From positions 1 to 64,000 of the forward strand of contig JAVCBW010000025.1 of NCBI GenBank assembly GCA_037917675.1: 64,000 nucleotides of DNA. The letters are read 5' to 3'. Shown here piece after piece: positions 58,857 through 64,000 of the stretch (positions are counted from its first letter, which is position 1; each line of letters starts with the position of its first letter). Under the pieces are notes generated by a model. The model had not been told where the DNA came from. It saw only the letters and a list, made by a program, of their open reading frames with translations, and did no database searches. This stretch comes from Thermoproteota archaeon (GTDB taxonomy: Archaea; Korarchaeota; Korarchaeia; B14-G2). A program made the translations under genes and the position numbers.

Positions 58857-59464
58857 ATGGGAGGAAGGCTTGGTAGATCCTTGGGAGCCCATGATAGGAT
58901 ATATTTCCCGGTAAGTGAGGTGTTTAGGCTGGTGATAGCCTTTATACGAAGGAGGTTTCGCAGAGTACTGCTAGCGGTGAGTGGAATAATGCTTTCGATC
59001 GCATTCTACACGACGCTTGCCCTTACAGCTATAGTAGTGAGGGGAGATGTAAGCATGTTGAAAGACTACTACATATGGATGCTCATCTTATCTATTCTCG
59101 TGGCTGGAGCAGGGATAATGAACTCGGTATTTATGGCTGTTGTAGAGAGAACTAGGGAGATAGGGGCGATGAAGTGTCTTGGTGCGCTGTATAGGCATAT
59201 CCTCGAGATTTTCCTAATGGAGAGCGCATTACTAGGATTTATGGTGGAATTTTGGGGTATGTTCTCGGGGTATTCGCAACGATAGCTTTAACATCAAAGA
59301 CTCTGAGTGCTACAGCAGCATTTGAGATCCCAGGTGGATCTATGCTAGCATTATTCGCTCAAGCCGAAGCCATATCTATTGGATTATCAGTTTTAGCTGC
59401 AGCATACCCAGCTTATAGGGCAGCTAAGCTAGATCCTGTAGAGGCTCTAAGGTTCGTCATATAG
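58857..59464 (+). pseudogene. FtsX/MacB-type ABC permease, frameshifted near 59245
   Basis: ERTREIGAMKCLGA lies in one frame and YPAYRAAKLDPVEALR in another. Confidence 0.75.
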
Positions 59465-59467
59465 GGG

Positions 59468-60220
59468 AGTGTTAGTGGCTAGCGAGAAGTTGATTATACA
59501 CGGTAGAGACTGAAGAGCTGAAGAAGTACTATAAGATGGGACCAGAGACGGTGAAGGCGCTCGATGGAGTGAATCTCAGGGTTGTAAGGGAGGTACGTGA
59601 GTATAATGGGTCCTAGCGGGTCAGGTAAGACCACGTTCTTCAACATGATCGGTGGGCTTGATAAGCCAACTGCAGGCAAAGTCTACGTAGATGAAGTAGA
59701 CATATCGAAGCTAGATGCATATGAACTCGCATGGCTGAGGTGTAGGAAGATCGGGTACATCTTCCAGACATTCAATTTGATCCCAGTGATGACAGCACTA
59801 GAGAATGTCATGCTTCCAATGATATTTGCTGGCATAGACGCGGAGGAGAGGAAGAGGAGGGCTATAGAGCTCTTGAGAAGAGTTGGTTTAGGCGACAGGC
59901 TCGAGCATAAACCTGTTAAGCTATCAGGAGGACAGCAGCGTGTAGCTATAGCTAGAGCCCTAGCAAACAACCCAGCTATCATGCTTGCAGATGAGCCTAC
60001 TGCAAACCTAGATCTAGAGACTGGACGTAGCATAACAATGCTTCTGCACAAGCTAAATAGTGGGAAGAGAGTGACTGTAATGGCTGCAACACATGATCTT
60101 AAGATGATAGATGTAAGTGATAGAATAGTGTGGCTCAGAGATGGGAAGATAAGGAAGGTGGAGAAGAGAAAGGAGGTGTCGCTTAGAGTCTATAGGATTG
60201 AGGAAGCTAAGCGGCTATAA
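59468..60220 (+). pseudogene. ABC ATP-binding protein (LolD/MacB type), frameshifted at the 5' end
   Basis: TEELKKYYKMG..VKALDGVNL is out of frame with IMGPSGSGKTT; signature LSGGQQRV is one residue short. Confidence 0.75.
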
Positions 60221-60616
60221 AGTGGATGCTAACAGCTCCTTTACCACTTTGTGGTAAGCCGTGTCCTCTTCTATGACTTCTGTATATCTCTTGGTTATCC
60301 TGGCAAGTAGCACAGCTAGGATATGATAGCAGAAGGAAGTGCTTCTGTTCACTATCACGCTTATAAGATGATCTTCACACGAGCAATAGCAGTATGGTAT
60401 GACTAGATACTCTCTTTCCCTCCCAACTACGCACCATATGGAGTCTCTGCTCGGGATGAAAACGTATCTTTTGACCTTCCCTTGTGAAACAGCTTCTAAA
60501 GCCCTCTTAGCCCTGCTTCCATACATGCTAGCTATAGTTTTAATAGCATCCTCCTCAGAGACTGTGGATAGTCTTTGATAGAGCAGAAGAGCTGTCTGAG
60601 CTATCATAGATGCCAT
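60215..60616 (-). CDS. SWIM zinc-finger protein
   Basis: YCSCED...CYHILA motif. Confidence 0.8.
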   Translation of the reverse strand: MASMIAQTALLLYQRLSTVSEEDAIKTIASMYGSRAKRALEAVSQGKVKRYVFIPSRDSIWCVVGREREYLVIPYCYCSCEDHLISVIVNRSTSFCYHILAVLLARITKRYTEVIEEDTAYHKVVKELLASTL

Positions 60617-61327
60617 GAGAACACCCGAGTATACTCCAGTGAAGAGGAGGAGATACTGATAGTAAGGTGGCTGCCGGGGCTACTGGTTAGACTTGGAGTT
60701 ATTAGGATTCTGGTAGTTGGAGACCTACATATTGGATTTGAGAGAGAGCTTGCCATGCGGGGGATACACCCGATCTCACAATGGAAGAGGTTCCTTAACA
60801 ACATAGCTATGGCAGGTATGAAGCTAAGAACCAATACTCTGGTTATATTAGGTGATTTAAAGCATGACGTCATTGGAGGGGGAAGAAGAGAGCTAGCTGA
60901 AGCAAGTATGCTTCTCAGGAAGCTAAAGGTGGTCTTCGAGAGGATAATTGTCACACGAGGAAACCATGATAGCTTGTTACGTGATGCATTGGAAGATATG
61001 GGGGTAGATGAAATCGAGTTTAAGGAAGCTAGAGGCTTCTCAGCCAGGAGCATATACTTTATGCATGGGCACGCTATTCCAGGAGATGAAGTCGCTAGGA
61101 GTAAGGTGGTTCTGTTAGCACATGCACATCCAGTCTTACCAGGCATGAGAAGTAGGGTTCTGGTAAAGGGAGATGTTCAGTTGGCAGGTAATAGAGCGTG
61201 CTTCTTTATAATACCTGCGATGAGCTACCTTGTGCCCGGGCTGGACTACAGAAGAGCTATCGACACCATCCCGCTGCTTAGGAGAAATAGGGCTTTGATA
61301 ACAGATGCATATACCATAGAGGGATAG
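60575..61327 (+). CDS. Calcineurin-like metallophosphoesterase
   Basis: DLHIG, GDLKH, GNHD, HGH and HAHP motifs; true start uncertain. Confidence 0.85.
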   Translation: MIEQKSCLSYHRCHENTRVYSSEEEEILIVRWLPGLLVRLGVIRILVVGDLHIGFERELAMRGIHPISQWKRFLNNIAMAGMKLRTNTLVILGDLKHDVIGGGRRELAEASMLLRKLKVVFERIIVTRGNHDSLLRDALEDMGVDEIEFKEARGFSARSIYFMHGHAIPGDEVARSKVVLLAHAHPVLPGMRSRVLVKGDVQLAGNRACFFIIPAMSYLVPGLDYRRAIDTIPLLRRNRALITDAYTIEG

Positions 61328-61329
61328 AC

Positions 61330-62736
61330 TTGTGGGATGTAGTTATTGTGGGATCTGGTCCTACAGGGATATTTACAGCATATGAGCTTGTAACAAGATC
61401 TGATAAGCTTAAGATAGCTATCCTGGAGAGAGGTAGAGATCTTAATAAGAGAGCGTGTCCGATGTTCTTAGGAGAAAGATGCAAGAGATGTAAGCCCTGC
61501 CACATGGTCTCTGGCTATGGGGGGGCTGGAGCTTTCTCTGATGGCAAGCTTAACTTATCCCCTGATGTGGGAGGGAGGCTTCTAGAGTACATTGGACGAA
61601 GGGAGCTGACTGAGCTCATAAGATATGTGGATAGCATTTACATCAAGTTCGGTGCACCTACTGAGCTCTATGGGACAGATACTGATAGAATAGAGCAACT
61701 TAGGAGAGAGGCATTAAGGGAAAACTTGAGGCTACTAGTGTTTCCAGTAAGACATATGGGAGAGAAAAGTAGGGATGTCTTAGAGAACCTCAAGAAGTAT
61801 CTTGAAAACAAGGGGGTTGAGTTCTACTTTGAGACAGACGCAAAGGATGTAATAGTTGGTGGAGGAAAAGTAGAGGGAGTCGTGTCATCTGATGGAGAAG
61901 AGTTTAGATCAAGATATGTCGTCTTAGCACCAGGAAGATCAGGAGCATCTTGGCTTAGAAGGGTAGCGAAGAAGCTTGGGATAGAGGTCTATAATGATAC
62001 TGTCGATATTGGAGTTAGAGTCGAGGTACCAGCTGAGATCATGGAACCCTACACGAGTGTACTCTATGAGCCAAAATTCATATATTACACTAAGTCTTTC
62101 GATGACAAAGTGAGAACTTTCTGTGTTTGTCCTCATGGTGAAGTCATCACAGAGGTCCATGATGGAGTAGTGACAGTTAATGGGCAGAGCAGAACAGATA
62201 ACATGACGAAGAGCACAAACTTTGCCGTGTTGGTTAGCACTAGATTTACAGAGCCATTTAGAGACCCCATTTCATATGCTCTCGACATCGCAAGGCTAGC
62301 CAACAACATAGCAGGGAATAGGCCGATAATACAGAGGCTTGGAGACCTTTTAAGAGGGAGGAGGTCAACATACGAGAGAATAGAGAGAAGCATAGTTATT
62401 AGGACGCTTGAAGACGTCACACCAGGAGACTTAAGCTATGTCCTTCCATATAGATACCTTAGGAATATAATTGAGATGTTAGAGCAACTTAACAAGGTGA
62501 TGCCAGGAGTCTATTCAGATCATACACTCCTATATGGAGTTGAGATAAAACTATACTCATCTAGCTTAAAGCTGAAGAGTACTCTTGAGACCGAGATCAG
62601 AAACCTCTATGCCGGCGGAGATGGGGCAGGAGTGTCTAGGGGGCTTGTCCAAGCTTCAGCTTCAGGAGTCATAATAGCTAGGTCGATCCTGGAGAAAGAA
62701 GGCTATACTCAACCTAATGGGGGCGCTGGGATTTGA
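61330..62736 (+). CDS. FAD-dependent oxidoreductase (COG2509-like)
   Basis: GSGPTG, GAFSDGKL, VRTFC and GDGAGVSRG motifs. Confidence 0.88.
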   Translation: MWDVVIVGSGPTGIFTAYELVTRSDKLKIAILERGRDLNKRACPMFLGERCKRCKPCHMVSGYGGAGAFSDGKLNLSPDVGGRLLEYIGRRELTELIRYVDSIYIKFGAPTELYGTDTDRIEQLRREALRENLRLLVFPVRHMGEKSRDVLENLKKYLENKGVEFYFETDAKDVIVGGGKVEGVVSSDGEEFRSRYVVLAPGRSGASWLRRVAKKLGIEVYNDTVDIGVRVEVPAEIMEPYTSVLYEPKFIYYTKSFDDKVRTFCVCPHGEVITEVHDGVVTVNGQSRTDNMTKSTNFAVLVSTRFTEPFRDPISYALDIARLANNIAGNRPIIQRLGDLLRGRRSTYERIERSIVIRTLEDVTPGDLSYVLPYRYLRNIIEMLEQLNKVMPGVYSDHTLLYGVEIKLYSSSLKLKSTLETEIRNLYAGGDGAGVSRGLVQASASGVIIARSILEKEGYTQPNGGAGI

Positions 62737-62806
62737 ACCCAGGTCTCCAGCTCCCGAGGCTGGAAGGATAGGCCACTGTAGCTAGAGGTAGCTACCCCAC
62801 GCCCCC
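62718..62806 (-). tRNA. tRNA-Pro(CGG) with a 14-nt D-loop intron (62776-62789)
   Basis: GGGGGCG/CGCCCCC-A acceptor, CCAGC-CTCGGGA-GCTGG anticodon arm; removing ACCTCTAGCTACAG restores the GGGTAGCTTGGCCTATCC D-arm. Confidence 0.88.
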
Positions 62807-62865
62807 AGGATAGCGTGCTGCTTATAGGTATAAAAGCTTCTCACAGCAGCCTGCTCTACTGTGGG

Positions 62866-63387
62866 TTAAAGCTGTAGGAGATGAGACTTCAAGCTTACAA
62901 ACTCCTTCCTCAAATCCTCTGCTATAGTGCTTAGAGAGGAGGAAATCACCTTTGTGTCTGCTATGACTGGCATGAAATTTGTGTCACCAGCCCATCTCGG
63001 TACTATGTGGACATGGAGGTGGTCTTCAATACCTGCTCCAGCAAGCCTCCCGAGATTTAGCCCTATGTTGAAGCCATCAGGGCGATACTTCTTTGAGAGT
63101 ATTCTGACAGATTCCCTAATTAGCCTCCACATAGACTTTACTTCGTCATAGGATAATGACAAGAGATCGCTGATATGTCTTGTTGGAGCGACCATTAGAT
63201 GACCAGGATTATATGGATACTTGTTTATGATGACTAGCGCGTGCTCATCGATGTAGAGAAGCAAACTTTTATCTCCGCTTTTAGCAGCTGCATCACAGAA
63301 GATGCAGCCTCTATCTATACCTCTACTTATCTCCTCTATGTATTGTCTCCTCCAAGGAGCCCATAGCCTCTTAATCAAGCCCCCCAC
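62866..63387 (-). CDS. HIT-family hydrolase
   Basis: LWAPWR, CIFC, YPYNPGH and HLHVHIVPRW motifs. Confidence 0.92.
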   Translation of the reverse strand: MGGLIKRLWAPWRRQYIEEISRGIDRGCIFCDAAAKSGDKSLLLYIDEHALVIINKYPYNPGHLMVAPTRHISDLLSLSYDEVKSMWRLIRESVRILSKKYRPDGFNIGLNLGRLAGAGIEDHLHVHIVPRWAGDTNFMPVIADTKVISSSLSTIAEDLRKEFVSLKSHLLQL

Positions 63388-63724
63388 CTTGAATGATTAG
63401 TATTGCTTCAGCCAGATCCCCTTTAGCCTTCTTCAAGGCATTTATAGCACTATCTCTGCTACATCCCGTCTGCTCTACTATGAGCCTTATGTCCTCTTCA
63501 TCTATCTCAAGCTCCTCTTCCATCTCCCTTCTGACAGGTGTGCCAACTATCTGCCACTGCTCCAGATCCTTCAGCTTGATAATAGAGACTGTAGGTGCCT
63601 CAAAAAAGTATTCAGCATCCTTAGTCTTTATGATAGCGTACTCTACATCCTTAACCTCGGTTATACTCATGCCCATCTGTTTCATGAGCCTTCTGAGCTG
63701 ACGTGGGGCTAGACCGCGAGTCAT
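63371..63724 (-). CDS. nac: Nascent polypeptide-associated complex protein
   Basis: PRQLRRLMKQMG N-terminus and a UBA C-terminus (EEDIRLIVEQTG..GDLAEAI). Confidence 0.92.
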   Translation of the reverse strand: MTRGLAPRQLRRLMKQMGMSITEVKDVEYAIIKTKDAEYFFEAPTVSIIKLKDLEQWQIVGTPVRREMEEELEIDEEDIRLIVEQTGCSRDSAINALKKAKGDLAEAILIIQGGGLD

Positions 63725-63793
63725 CTACCGCACCTGACACTTATAGGAGAGCCAAATTTAAGTTGAGATAGCTAGCACCATAGTGGTGAGTAT

Positions 63794-64000
63794 GTGTTCG
63801 AATGTGAAGTCTGCGGCAGGCAAACTGATAAAGTTATCAAGAGGCAGATTGAGGGGACCACAGTTTCTGTATGCCCCGCATGCGCAAGGTATGGAAGTAG
63901 TGTGAGCTTATTTGCTATGAAGAAAAGAGAGGCAAGACAGAGGAGGCGCCATGTTCAGGCGAGAAGGCGTAAGCTACATGCAGTGAAGGACTTGTATGAG
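63794..64000 (+). CDS. Multiprotein bridging factor aMBF1, 5' part
   Basis: MFECEVCGR...IEG..VSVCPACARYG zinc ribbon; runs off the window. Confidence 0.8.
   Translation, partial: MFECEVCGRQTDKVIKRQIEGTTVSVCPACARYGSSVSLFAMKKREARQRRRHVQARRRKLHAVKDLYE

Noticed and set aside
580-63701. Numerous Ser/Leu-rich ORFs antisense to recognised genes in the ORF track
   Set aside because: They are shadow frames of biased codon usage with no motifs.

Overview
Archaeal chromosome segment, most likely TACK/Thermoproteota (crenactin, PolB1, intron-containing cbf5, multiple intron-containing tRNAs). From left to right it holds: a cluster of class III signal-peptide (pilin-like) genes; tRNA-modification, radical-SAM and housekeeping genes; a type IV pilus-like module (two secretion ATPases, TadC-like membrane protein, coiled-coil protein, degenerate KaiC/RAD55) next to EndoQ and a crenactin-small protein-MinD cassette; a ~21-kb minus-strand ribosomal/RNAP superoperon with an orphan gene inserted between rps11 and rpoD whose C-terminus resembles the crenactin-binding tail of arcadin-2; an IS607 remnant islet; PolB1; the HMG-CoA synthase/thiolase/DUF35 operon; a decayed ABC transporter; and more housekeeping genes. 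Four introns can be read from the sequence: one in cbf5 mRNA and three in tRNAs. The best candidate for an undescribed system is the actin + MinD + pilus module with a displaced arcadin-2-like regulator. All family calls come from motif recognition; no database search was run.
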